61,594 nt of DNA from a virus. Its lineage: Duplodnaviria > Caudoviricetes. This document shows, in pieces, positions 8,182-17,864 of this stretch (the first letter of the stretch is position 1; the number at the start of each line of letters is the position of its first letter). The DNA lies in the IMG/VR virus record IMGVR_UViG_3300023440_000006, positions 1 to 61,594 of that record; one strand, written 5' to 3'. The notes under the pieces are model-generated. The model was not told the origin of the DNA, did no database searches, and worked only from the letters and a program-made list of their open reading frames with translations. A program made the translations under genes and the position numbers.

Positions 8182-9240
8182 ATGAGAAATTTTACAAGAA
8201 TCAATAGAGACTATATTCAAATCAACGCATTATTTCTTCAACCAACAAATATGTGTGCCCTAAACTGTAAGGGGTGCTATGTAAAAGAATGGGGCAAGAA
8301 TACTGAGATTATATCTATGTCTGCTCATCTCCCATCTTTTATCTGGGAGCGCTTCATTTATAAAATGTCAGGCATGATTACTGAGAATTTTCAAGCTAAC
8401 CAGATTACTTTTGCCCTAGATACACTGCCAAGCGACTTAGCAATCAAAACCTATATGAAAGACCTAGCTTATATTTATATGGATGTAGCTAAAGGAGCTA
8501 AGTACCAAGGACTTGATACTGAATTTCATATCACTACTCAATCTTTAAACAATATCTTTAATCAAACCTCTTATCATTGTCTCGATAATTTAGGGTCTAT
8601 TGATATGTTGAGTATCAGTAATCTTAATCAAAAAGATATTGTTAACTTAATTAACTTAAAGGATAGGTATCCAGATCTACATATTAATTGGAACCTCCAT
8701 CCTATCGAAATTCGGGATGAAAGTACCTATAAACAAATAGTTAGTGAAATTGCAGTTATCGCTAAATTTGTTGACAGTATCTATTTTGTAATGCATAAAC
8801 CAGATCTCGGTAGAATGCTAGATCAAGATATAGTTAGACAATACTTTAAATTATTTAAGATTATTAAAGAAACATTGCAGAATGATACTAAAATAAAAGA
8901 TCCAAACATGATTCAGATTGATGGTTGCGTCAAAGATTCTAAAATGTTTGCAGATGAAGTGAACGGTGGATGTAGTAGTAATATTTCTCGGTTTCAGGTC
9001 TGGCCTGATGGATCCGTAAGTGGTTGCCCATACGCTCATAGACCAATTACTAAGTCTTGTTGGGATGATGATCCGATCTTGGAGCTTGGTGACGATATTG
9101 TTGAGAATATGCTAAATAATATCAGAGCTGCTGCTAAAATATATCAATTTGATCAATGTAAGATTCCTAACAGTTTATATCCAGATTCAACACCTGTTCT
9201 GCGTCGAGAGCACCGAGCATTACAGATCTTTGAGGATTAA
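8182..9240 (+). CDS. radical SAM protein with SPASM/twitch-like C-terminus
   Basis: CALNCKGC (CxxxCxxC) near the N-terminus; GC......V.PDGSVSGCP near the C-terminus. Confidence 0.75.
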   Translation: MRNFTRINRDYIQINALFLQPTNMCALNCKGCYVKEWGKNTEIISMSAHLPSFIWERFIYKMSGMITENFQANQITFALDTLPSDLAIKTYMKDLAYIYMDVAKGAKYQGLDTEFHITTQSLNNIFNQTSYHCLDNLGSIDMLSISNLNQKDIVNLINLKDRYPDLHINWNLHPIEIRDESTYKQIVSEIAVIAKFVDSIYFVMHKPDLGRMLDQDIVRQYFKLFKIIKETLQNDTKIKDPNMIQIDGCVKDSKMFADEVNGGCSSNISRFQVWPDGSVSGCPYAHRPITKSCWDDDPILELGDDIVENMLNNIRAAAKIYQFDQCKIPNSLYPDSTPVLRREHRALQIFED

Positions 9241-9801
9241 ATGACAGAGACAACTGATAAACAGAAGCTTGCCAAACAAACTGTTGATGAAATGATTGCA
9301 GGTCTTCGTAAGGGCAAAGACATTCATGAGCAATTTGCAAAAGCTGTGCAAGATCGCATGATGATCCAGGGTAAAACCATGGAGCAGTGGCGACAACATT
9401 TTGCAATTAAGATTCCAAATAATCCAGACATTACAGCCTGTAAACAGACAGATATGAAACTTATGGAACTATATCAAGAAGCTAGCTTTATGAAGGCTAT
9501 GGCTGATGCTTCTCATCTTCTGCAGAAAAAGGGATATGATACTCAATACCGTGAGAAGTTTCAGGCTAAAGTTTCAGAATATAAAACAGCAGGTATGAAA
9601 TTACCTGCCAAAGACACACTTGAAACATTGGCTAGGAACAGTGTAGATGATATCGAAACTGGGGTCGTGTATTCAGACCTGGCAGTAAAATTTTGGAAAG
9701 AGATTCTTGAGAACTTAAACTATTTACGCAAGATCATCGAAAATGCTACTATTAACAACTCAGTAGAAGCAAAGATGACTGAAAAACAGTATGGTCTATA
9801 A
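9241..9801 (+). CDS. helical hypothetical protein (weak UvsY-like appearance)
   Basis: All-helical, charged sequence about 2 kb upstream of recA; the functional guess is tentative. Confidence 0.55.
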   Translation: MTETTDKQKLAKQTVDEMIAGLRKGKDIHEQFAKAVQDRMMIQGKTMEQWRQHFAIKIPNNPDITACKQTDMKLMELYQEASFMKAMADASHLLQKKGYDTQYREKFQAKVSEYKTAGMKLPAKDTLETLARNSVDDIETGVVYSDLAVKFWKEILENLNYLRKIIENATINNSVEAKMTEKQYGL

Positions 9802-9821
9802 CCTGCTGTAAGGAAGTATAA

Positions 9822-10232
9822 ATGACTGATACTAAAACGCTTGATGAAATTGTGCGTCGTTCAGAAGAACGTCATCACAAGGTAGAAGTAAGTATCCAAG
9901 GAGAAGATCTAATGGGAGAAACACCAGATCCAGTAGATATGGGTGATCAGCTAGAGGCAGCTGAGCCGCCTGTAGCCTCAGGTTATACAATCGGAGTGAA
10001 AGAGGATGGTAAGTTATTCTTTCAAATCCATGGAGAAAAGAAGGGGAGTATTGAGCTCCTTGGACTTAATGCCTTAGCATTTAAGCAGATTCAAACGCTC
10101 GTAGATGCTAATTTGAATCAGGGTAACCCACAGCTTGTCCAAGGTATGAATGCTCTATTCCAGAAACTCTTAGAGATTGAGCAACATTTGTCTCAAGCCG
10201 AGGGTCCCAGTAACGACTTGAAGTTAAGCTAA
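9822..10232 (+). CDS. hypothetical protein
   Basis: ORF with AAGGA SD. Confidence 0.7.
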   Translation: MTDTKTLDEIVRRSEERHHKVEVSIQGEDLMGETPDPVDMGDQLEAAEPPVASGYTIGVKEDGKLFFQIHGEKKGSIELLGLNALAFKQIQTLVDANLNQGNPQLVQGMNALFQKLLEIEQHLSQAEGPSNDLKLS

Positions 10233-10573
10233 TGGATAATAAGAAAAGACAAGATCCTATTAAAATAAACAGGACTGAACCTGATTTACAAGAATGTAAG
10301 ATTGTTATTCTTCACGTTATTAATCAGGCTATAAAAGATTACCAACATTTTAGAGAGAAGGATAAACTCGAAGATATAGAAATTTATGAATCTGCTAAAG
10401 GCTTCCTATTCGATGATGAGTATGTTTTTGCATGGGGTGAAGAAGATATAAATCTACGAAGATTATGTGATGCCATAGAACTGGATTTAGATTGGTTAAG
10501 AAATCAGGTTGTAAAAAGATTTGATCTTAAATTCAATTTAGATGGAACTATTATACCCGACAGGAGATATTAA
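10232..10573 (+). CDS. hypothetical protein
   Basis: TAATG coupling at both ends. Confidence 0.7.
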   Translation: MDNKKRQDPIKINRTEPDLQECKIVILHVINQAIKDYQHFREKDKLEDIEIYESAKGFLFDDEYVFAWGEEDINLRRLCDAIELDLDWLRNQVVKRFDLKFNLDGTIIPDRRY

Positions 10574-11168
10574 TGGCTCGTTTCTTAATTGATGTAGACG
10601 GTGTCATAGCTGATTGTATAACGCTCATGATTAAAGAAATCAATGAGCGATTTCGTACAACTACTGATGGTGTTCTTATAGATCCACTAAAAAAGAGCAA
10701 ATTACTGAATTTTTTTCTTTGATCCCGAGTTAGGTATCTTGAACAAGGGAGAATGTAAATTCGCCTTAGAAAATTTTGCTCGTCCACAGTTTGCTTATGA
10801 TATACCACCACTTCCTGGTGCCATTGAAAGCATTAAAAAGATTAGGACCTTAGGTCACGATATAGTGTTTGTTACTGCACAGTGGGGTGAATCAGTTGAC
10901 TGGTGTCATTGGCGCTGTAAATAGCTTGAACAATTTTTTTGATGCAGAATTAAAGGATATTATCTATGCACACCGTAAAGAGCTAGTTGTAGGTGATGTA
11001 TTCATTGATGATAGAGATAAAACTTGTGAAACCTATGCTGCTCAGCATCCAGGCTCTCTTGTCTTAATGATAGAACAACCTTGGAATTCTAGATATAAGA
11101 TTACACAACCCAATATGCATAGATTTCAATGGGATAATCTTGATTCAATTCTTAAGGACTTAGCATAA
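10573..11168 (+). pseudogene. disrupted 5'(3')-deoxyribonucleotidase (NT5C/HAD family)
   Basis: MARFLIDVDGVIAD (HAD motif I), PLPGAIE...IVFVTA and GDVFIDD..QPWN lie in different ORF fragments; breaks at about 10690-10722 and 10934-10940 plus an in-frame TAG at 10922. Confidence 0.75.
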
Positions 11169-11776
11169 TGAGCATATTGATAGGCGTAGGCCATAAAAAT
11201 GGTCGTGGGAAAGACACTGTAGCTAATAGGTTAGTAGATAAGCATGGATTCATACGTGTATCTTGGGCTGATAGCCTTAAGGAAGCATGTAGAGTTATCT
11301 TCCTATTTAACGATGATCAGTTATATGGAGATAAAAAAGAAAAGATTGATCCGAGATGGGGGCGTACACCTCGCTGGATTCTCCAAAGATTTGGTGTAGA
11401 GGCATGTCGAAATAATATCGATCAGGACATATGGATAAAATCTGCATGGCTACGCATTCAGGCTATTTGGAAAGATAATCCTAATAAAAATATCGTAATT
11501 CCCGATATACGCTTTCCAAACGAAGCTAGCTTTATTAAGAAAAATGGTGGTATTCTCTGGCGTGTAGATAGAGATATCCCTGAGAATGAAAGCTCGAGTC
11601 ATACAAGTGAAACCTCTCTTGATACATACAAGGGATGGGATCAGGTATTAATAAACAATAGAGATATTACACATTTATATGCGTTAGTAGATGGATGCTT
11701 AGAGTCAGCTATAGCTCCCAAGCCACGGAGGAATGCGCGTGTCGTCATTAACACCAGAAATAATCAAGCAAATTGA
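11168..11776 (+). CDS. deoxynucleoside monophosphate kinase
   Basis: [12 protein letters not shown]-loop variant, [28 protein letters not shown]. Confidence 0.88.
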   Translation: MSILIGVGHKNGRGKDTVANRLVDKHGFIRVSWADSLKEACRVIFLFNDDQLYGDKKEKIDPRWGRTPRWILQRFGVEACRNNIDQDIWIKSAWLRIQAIWKDNPNKNIVIPDIRFPNEASFIKKNGGILWRVDRDIPENESSSHTSETSLDTYKGWDQVLINNRDITHLYALVDGCLESAIAPKPRRNARVVINTRNNQAN

Positions 11777-12794
11777 AATCCTCAAACAGGGGATTGACAA
11801 AAAGTATGGAGAAAATTCTCTTCGCATTCTCGGTGGGGATGAAGTCTCTAGTATTCCAAGACTTCCAACAGGAGCAGCATCTCTTGACCAGGCCAGTGGT
11901 GGAGGCTGGCCCTGGGGTCGTATTATTGAAATAATAGGACCAGAGTCTTCAGGTAAAACTACTCTAACACTAGAAGCTATTGCACAAGCCCAGAAGCAGG
12001 GAAAGGTCTGTGCCTTTATTGACGCAGAACATGCTCTCGATGTGGTCTATGCTAAAAACCTAGGTGTCATTGTAGAGGATCTATTAATTTCTCAGCCAGA
12101 TACAGCTGAGGAGGCATTAGATGTAGTAGATATGTTATCTAGCTCGGGCACTGTTAATCTTATTGTTGTAGATTCAGTTGCTGCTCTTGTCCCTAAAAAG
12201 GAGCTCGAGGGAGAGATGGGCGACAGTTCCATTGGTGTTCAGGCACGATTAATGAGCCAGGCTATGCGTAAGCTAACTGGCCAAGTATCTAGAAATAATG
12301 TACTTTTGTTCTTTATTAATCAGATTCGTTATAAGATTGGTGTGATGTTTGGTAATCCAGAAACTACATCTGGTGGAAATGCATTAAAATTCTATGCATC
12401 AATCCGCTGTGATGTGCGTAGAACTGGTACACAGAAAGACGGCGAGGACGCTGTTGCAAACGAGACTAGAGTTAAGTTCATTAAAAATAAAGTAGCTCCA
12501 CCATATAAGCAGGCTGAATTTATAATTAGGTTTGGTACTGGTATTGATAAGTTCGTAGATTTGCTTAGAGTTGCAGTTAAGTCTAAGATCGTACAAAGGT
12601 CTGGTGCATGGTATAGTTATAAAGATACCAGGCTTGGGCAAGGCGAAAGAAATGCTGCTTTGTTCCTGGAAGAGAACGAAGATATTGCTGAAGAAATCAG
12701 AGCTGGCCTGAGACCAAAGACTGTGGAGGACCCAGAGGATGTTTCTACGCGGAACAATGACTTACGAGCAATTGACAGGAATAGGACAGCCTAA
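11733..12794 (+). CDS. recA: RecA recombinase
   Basis: [47 protein letters not shown]. Confidence 0.97.
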   Translation: MRVSSLTPEIIKQIEILKQGIDKKYGENSLRILGGDEVSSIPRLPTGAASLDQASGGGWPWGRIIEIIGPESSGKTTLTLEAIAQAQKQGKVCAFIDAEHALDVVYAKNLGVIVEDLLISQPDTAEEALDVVDMLSSSGTVNLIVVDSVAALVPKKELEGEMGDSSIGVQARLMSQAMRKLTGQVSRNNVLLFFINQIRYKIGVMFGNPETTSGGNALKFYASIRCDVRRTGTQKDGEDAVANETRVKFIKNKVAPPYKQAEFIIRFGTGIDKFVDLLRVAVKSKIVQRSGAWYSYKDTRLGQGERNAALFLEENEDIAEEIRAGLRPKTVEDPEDVSTRNNDLRAIDRNRTA

Positions 12795-13677
12795 TGGCTC
12801 TAAGCTACTGCAGCTCCTAGCTGGCGAAATAGCAGATGACTTTGGTAATACAGCTCCTTCAGGAGAAGCCTGGGAACGAGTCACAACTACAAGACTCGTC
12901 TCACCAGGCACTACAATTAACGCTCCAACAAATATTAATTCAATTAATATGTATTTAGATTTCTTGGGGGAAACTGATCCCCAAGAGTCTGTGTCATTTA
13001 CTATTACGTGTACGGATACAAGTACATTTCCCACTACAGGGCCTGCTAGTCAACCACTTAGGTTGCAAGCATTTGAAAATGGTGCGTTAGTAAACGATAC
13101 TGACTTGGTAGCGTATTGGGTTTCAGTTACCGAAGACAGAATTATTATGGCAGTACAGGGTGATACTGCTCACTCTGGTAACATGAACCTATTGTATTTT
13201 GGTACCTATACTAGGCTTTATACAGCTGTTCAGGATCCATATCCAGTCGTAGGAATTGTATCCCATGTACATACAGGTGAATACTTTCTCAATGCTAAAG
13301 AGCGTGGACAGCTGGCTCGAACCGATAATGCTGTTGACTGGTTAGATGACAGGAATAGCGCAGAGTGGAGACTTTATACTACGCAATCTATTATCAACAG
13401 TAATCCCAATGTTTGGGATAATAAATGGTATCTCTACACTCTCTATATTGTTGGAAATAGAACAGGGAATTCGAGCGCTGAACTTGGTTATCGTGGGAAA
13501 CTCCTAGACCTCTATCAGCTAGATGATAACGGCTGGACTAACAGAGATATCCTAACTGATGGTGTAGATAGCTGGAGACTTATCTTTCCATTTCGATCTA
13601 ACGATACAGCTAGTGCTCAAAACATACAGAATTTAGGAAACTCAGGTAAGATCTATTTTGCATTCAAGCAGGTGTAA
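12739..13677 (+). CDS. hypothetical protein, virion-like composition
   Basis: T/G/N/D-rich and beta-strand-like; GGAGGA SD. Confidence 0.65.
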   Translation: MFLRGTMTYEQLTGIGQPNGSKLLQLLAGEIADDFGNTAPSGEAWERVTTTRLVSPGTTINAPTNINSINMYLDFLGETDPQESVSFTITCTDTSTFPTTGPASQPLRLQAFENGALVNDTDLVAYWVSVTEDRIIMAVQGDTAHSGNMNLLYFGTYTRLYTAVQDPYPVVGIVSHVHTGEYFLNAKERGQLARTDNAVDWLDDRNSAEWRLYTTQSIINSNPNVWDNKWYLYTLYIVGNRTGNSSAELGYRGKLLDLYQLDDNGWTNRDILTDGVDSWRLIFPFRSNDTASAQNIQNLGNSGKIYFAFKQV

Positions 13678-13705
13678 CCTAGCTTAGACTAGGGAGGCGC
13701 TTGTA

Positions 13706-15709
13706 GTGGCAAAAGGTGCATTAAGTAGATTCTCTGCATACCTCAAAAGCGTTGCACTTAAGATTTTCGGACAAGCGGAGTCCGAAGCAAGAGAATCTGT
13801 TGGCCATTCAGTCAATGTAGATGCACAGCCTGCTGGGTCTGTTACTCACCAGTTTGCATTTGGATCTGATGCTGAAGATCAACTTAGTTACGCAGTAAAT
13901 GTTAGTCAGATTGACGTAACTAGTGGTCTTAATCATCAGCTCAATGTCAGCGAAATTAATGATTTTGAGCAAGATCTTAATCATCAATTCAATGTTCATC
14001 AGATTAATGATTTTGAGCAGGATGTAGGTCATCAGCTTAATTTACTAGGCGATGCCTCTGGCTTTCTGGTCCATCAACTTGGAGTAGTATTTAGGGCCTC
14101 TAGCGGGCTGTCACATGAATTCACAGTAAGTGGTATTCATACAACTGCAAATATCAATCATCAATTCAACATGAACATAGACAGAGATAATCTGTCTCAT
14201 CAGTTCAGTGCTATTGGTGTAGGCATAGATGAAACAAGTCTAAGCCATCAGCTTGATGTAACAGTTAATCTTCCAAGCTATGTCCTCACACATCAGTTCT
14301 ATGTAGAACAATTTCTAGACATTGAAGGGGTCACTATCAGTGGTGACTACCGTATTGTTCCAGAAGGGGGGACGCAGACTGTCTCTGGTGTTTCAGAGTC
14401 ACTCCTTGGCATCGACGGTACAAGATATAGCTACGCAGATCCTGCTGTAAACAATATAACGAGTACAGGTACTTGGTTTGGTATAGACTCTAGTCAAGTC
14501 AATCCAACTGTTGCTAGCGGACTGTCAGAGGCTGACTTTCTTTTTGGTTCGTTTGTATTTGAGAACGAGCCAGAAAACTTAATTGCAGGCTCTGGCTTAT
14601 GGTCAACAGCTCAGGGCTTTTTAACATTACCCGAGCATAACTTTGATGTTCTGGTAGATAACCAAGCTTGGCAGTTACCTGTTATTAAGACAGGTGTAAG
14701 TGGGTGGAGAGGGCTTAACGACTTTAATGCCTCTCTGCCCAATATGTTGGTAGAGCCAGGAGAGAATCCTTTCGATGCCTTCTTTGGCAGGCAAGAAACA
14801 ATAAGCGGTGTTCTGCAGGAAATTGTAGGTTTCTTTGGAGTCTTTGAAACTACAGTATTTCCTGGTAATCAAGACCCAGCTGCTTTAATCGGTCCTACTC
14901 CAACGCTTATAGAAGTAAACGATCCACTTGAGTTTTCTGAAGGCAATATTTTAGGTCAAGTCTTTTTCCCCCTAGATAGAGACTTTTTAATTTCAGGTAT
15001 CTATATAACTAATACCAGTGGTGGAGGCCTTTCTGTATCAGACAATACTGTACGTCTTGGTTTTACACTTGGTGAGGCTAATCCACAGCCATCCTTGCTC
15101 GAATTTAATCTTGGTGTAAATACACCATCAGGAGTATATGATCAAACACAAGATACAAATCAATGGCTGGCTGGTGGTTTATTCAGAGACTTTAATACTG
15201 CGCCGTTACAACCTGGAGATAATGTAAGAGGACAAATTAGGGTTTTTGAACCTAAAAACTCCACTGACTTTACGCCACCCGTTCCATCTGGACTGGCACA
15301 GATGGCATCTGACGATGGGGTCAACCTATTAACTGCAGGCAACTTGATCTGGCCAGATTTTGAAGATACTGAAGTTACTCTTGATCTTCTAGTAGAGATT
15401 CTTGCTTCTCTTAACAGAAGTACACTACCTCATGGAATAAGCTTGCAGGCTATGGCCAAAAACAGAAGAGGTCAAATTATAAAGCTTTATGTAGATGGAA
15501 CTACTAATGAAATTAGAGCTACTCTTGAGAATATCCCAGGAGTCTTTGCCGATGGAGCTACTCAGGGTACACTGATTCTAAAAAGAGACGCAACTATAAG
15601 TCCAGTGGTCACTGCGACTAATCTATCTAATAGATCAATAGTCGTAGTAAATCAGGAAGAAAAGAACCAACCTGGACGGTATGTGATTATTGACGAGGAG
15701 GGTAGCTAA
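13706..15709 (+). CDS. putative virion or fibre protein with N-terminal LxHQ repeats
   Basis: About 12 imperfect 13-16 aa repeats, then a G/S/V/F-rich region; GGGAGG SD. Confidence 0.65.
   Translation: MAKGALSRFSAYLKSVALKIFGQAESEARESVGHSVNVDAQPAGSVTHQFAFGSDAEDQLSYAVNVSQIDVTSGLNHQLNVSEINDFEQDLNHQFNVHQINDFEQDVGHQLNLLGDASGFLVHQLGVVFRASSGLSHEFTVSGIHTTANINHQFNMNIDRDNLSHQFSAIGVGIDETSLSHQLDVTVNLPSYVLTHQFYVEQFLDIEGVTISGDYRIVPEGGTQTVSGVSESLLGIDGTRYSYADPAVNNITSTGTWFGIDSSQVNPTVASGLSEADFLFGSFVFENEPENLIAGSGLWSTAQGFLTLPEHNFDVLVDNQAWQLPVIKTGVSGWRGLNDFNASLPNMLVEPGENPFDAFFGRQETISGVLQEIVGFFGVFETTVFPGNQDPAALIGPTPTLIEVNDPLEFSEGNILGQVFFPLDRDFLISGIYITNTSGGGLSVSDNTVRLGFTLGEANPQPSLLEFNLGVNTPSGVYDQTQDTNQWLAGGLFRDFNTAPLQPGDNVRGQIRVFEPKNSTDFTPPVPSGLAQMASDDGVNLLTAGNLIWPDFEDTEVTLDLLVEILASLNRSTLPHGISLQAMAKNRRGQIIKLYVDGTTNEIRATLENIPGVFADGATQGTLILKRDATISPVVTATNLSNRSIVVVNQEEKNQPGRYVIIDEEGS
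13931..14040 (+). repeat. 48-bp in-frame tandem repeat (about 2.3 copies)
   Basis: AATCATCAGCTCAATG...ATTAATGATTTTGAGCA repeated, encoding NHQxNVxxINDFEQD. Confidence 0.8.
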
Positions 15710-15882
15710 TGGCAGTTACAGCAGCAGTAATTGAGGTCGATGTAGATGATATTGAGAACTCTATTAATACACAGTTAGCAACATTAGCTATCAACGCCAC
15801 TGACTTTGTTCAGGCTATTGTCTTATCTGAACAAGATAAGAATCGAAGAGCTAAGGTTGTAATTTTTTACGAGATTCCATAA
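15709..15882 (+). CDS. small hypothetical protein (57 aa), not in the ORF track
   Basis: MAVTAAVIEVDVDD...VIFYEIP; TAATG coupling, GAGGAGG SD, fills the gap exactly. Confidence 0.75.
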   Translation: MAVTAAVIEVDVDDIENSINTQLATLAINATDFVQAIVLSEQDKNRRAKVVIFYEIP

Positions 15883-16248
15883 ATGTCACTAAAAGCTATA
15901 AAGCCTATCCCGCAGCTCTTGCGGGAGGCTAAATCTATTCCTAAAAAGAAAACAAATATTGACCTAGCTGTTTGTACATCAGCAGGAATTATTCTTGATG
16001 TAAAAATCACTTCTGATATTGAAGAAGCCCTAAAGAATAGGGAGCATGTTCCTATATATTTTCTAGCTGGTATTAAGATATTGAATTACATGGTAGCGCC
16101 CTCTTATCAATCAGAGTTACGATCACGATATGGGGACCTCAAATCGGAAGATATGATTAATCAATTAATTAATTATCTTGAAAGCAAGAAGGGAAGACCT
16201 GTTGTACAAAGAGAGGCACAAGAGGCTAACGCTCTCCTACTGGAATAA
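15883..16248 (+). CDS. hypothetical protein
   Basis: Packed ORF. Confidence 0.65.
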   Translation: MSLKAIKPIPQLLREAKSIPKKKTNIDLAVCTSAGIILDVKITSDIEEALKNREHVPIYFLAGIKILNYMVAPSYQSELRSRYGDLKSEDMINQLINYLESKKGRPVVQREAQEANALLLE

Positions 16249-16251
16249 ATA

Positions 16252-17217
16252 ATGAATCTAAATGATTTCTGCCATCTACACACCCACAGTGTATACAGCA
16301 TTCTTGATGGCGAGAACCAAATTAATGCACTGGTCAAAAGAGTAAAAGAATTAGGAATGAATCAGATTGCGCTCACTGATCATGGCACAATGATGGGCAT
16401 TCTTGAGTTCTATAAAACCTGCCTAAAGAACAATGTAAAACCAGTCCTCGGCGTAGAGGCGTACATTACAAATGATGAAGATGGAATCCCAAAAGAGCAA
16501 AGAAATAGAGACAATAACCATCTTGTTATGGTGGCAGAGACTGAAGAAGGTCTTCGTAACCTTTTCTGGCTTACCTCTAAGGCACAAACAGAGAATTTCT
16601 ATTTCAAACCAAGAATATCAAAGAAAAATCTTACTTCAGAACGAGTCAGAGGGATAATCGCTACAAGTGCATGTCTAGGAAACGAGGTCAATCGAGTAGG
16701 CACATTCGATCCTGATACTAGGCTATATTCTAATCGGGAAAAGATGGAAGAAGCTGCGTGTTGGTATCATAAGGCCTTTGAAGGCAATTACTTCCTCGAG
16801 ATTCAAGACAATGATGATGAGGCAGGACAGCAGCTTGCTTATAACAATGTCATCAAAGATATCGCACAAAAGAGTAATATTCCACTTGTAATCACAGCAG
16901 ATGCTCACTACACACAGATAGAAAGCAGTGAAACGCATACCCTTATTATGGCCATGCAATTAAAGAAAGCGCTAAAGGATTACGAGGAAAACAGCAACAT
17001 GAAGTATGGTCCCTGGTTCTTCGTTAGAAGTCCAGAACAAATGCTTGAGGCTGCACGTAAGTATGATGCTGAAGAAGCATTTTGGAATGCATGTGACATT
17101 GGGAAAAGATGCAATGTTAGCATAGAGATTGGTAATTATAAAAATCCAATATTCGATATACAGTCACAACCAGATTACGAAGACTTTAAAAAGTTTGAAG
17201 GAGTAGATAATGAGTAA
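16252..17217 (+). CDS. dnaE: DNA polymerase III alpha, stand-alone PHP domain (N-terminal part)
   Basis: HLHTHSVYSILDG, ALTDHG, KPVLGVEAY, HL, SACL, TADAHY; ends just before the palm region. Confidence 0.92.
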   Translation: MNLNDFCHLHTHSVYSILDGENQINALVKRVKELGMNQIALTDHGTMMGILEFYKTCLKNNVKPVLGVEAYITNDEDGIPKEQRNRDNNHLVMVAETEEGLRNLFWLTSKAQTENFYFKPRISKKNLTSERVRGIIATSACLGNEVNRVGTFDPDTRLYSNREKMEEAACWYHKAFEGNYFLEIQDNDDEAGQQLAYNNVIKDIAQKSNIPLVITADAHYTQIESSETHTLIMAMQLKKALKDYEENSNMKYGPWFFVRSPEQMLEAARKYDAEEAFWNACDIGKRCNVSIEIGNYKNPIFDIQSQPDYEDFKKFEGVDNE

Positions 17218-17476
17218 TCTAGAAGATTCCATTCTTACATTGCAAGAAGAAATCGTTGTTCGTGTTGAGGCCATTCAGGCTCAAAAAGAAGATAAGAAAA
17301 CAATTATGAAGTCCTATAATGAGAACATTAAGGGACTAGAGGCAGAGCGAGATGCCTTGATCCAAGAGCTGAATGCAGTCAAGGAACAAATTAAACAAAA
17401 TCACCTAGTTGCTAGTGCTGATAAGATTATTGAGGAAAATGCACGACCAGGTGATGAAGACTTAAGCCTCATTTGA
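17210..17476 (+). CDS. small coiled-coil protein
   Basis: Heptad pattern; AAGGAG SD. Confidence 0.7.
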   Translation: MSNLEDSILTLQEEIVVRVEAIQAQKEDKKTIMKSYNENIKGLEAERDALIQELNAVKEQIKQNHLVASADKIIEENARPGDEDLSLI

Positions 17477-17486
17477 GAGGTGAGAT

Positions 17487-17864
17487 GTGATTGGCAAAAA
17501 GAAAAGATCCAAAAGAAAGCGGGGACCAGATGGGAACCTTTATACTGCAGAAGAGCTTGCATCTAGATTTTCAGATGAAAGTCATCCAGAGCAAGCTAAG
17601 AGTACAATAATTAAAACACCTGAACAACAAACTAGAGAGTCACAGGACAAACCTGCTATCCAAGAGAAGTCAACCAAAAGAGAAAGAGACTCCGCACCAA
17701 CAATAATCATCAGCTACATCGGTAGTAATGGTCAGAGAAATACAAAGTCATTTCAATGTGCGAATATAAAGCTTGATGAATATAAAGTCACTGAGATGAT
17801 GAGATCGGGCCCTAAGACAACTCTACATATTTCAGTAGAGGCCGATGTCGTTGAGGTAATGTAG
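17487..17864 (+). CDS. hypothetical protein with basic N-terminus
   Basis: GAGGTG SD; stop overlaps the start of the next gene. Confidence 0.65.
   Translation: MIGKKKRSKRKRGPDGNLYTAEELASRFSDESHPEQAKSTIIKTPEQQTRESQDKPAIQEKSTKRERDSAPTIIISYIGSNGQRNTKSFQCANIKLDEYKVTEMMRSGPKTTLHISVEADVVEVM

Noticed and set aside
10714-10723. CTT TGA resembles the prfB +1 programmed frameshift site, and +1 would restore the frame
   Set aside because: No internal SD upstream, and the gene has two more lesions downstream, so decay or error is simpler.
10922-10924. In-frame TAG suggesting stop-codon reassignment
   Set aside because: TAG ends well-defined genes here (8101 before a terminator, 20509, 22114), and long genes are intact under the standard code.
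13931-14040. CRISPR-like repeat
   Set aside because: In-frame coding repeat with no unique spacers.
17217-17864. Intron or split intein between the dnaE halves
   Set aside because: No intein terminal residues or group I/II features seen; the gap is filled by two ORFs with SDs.
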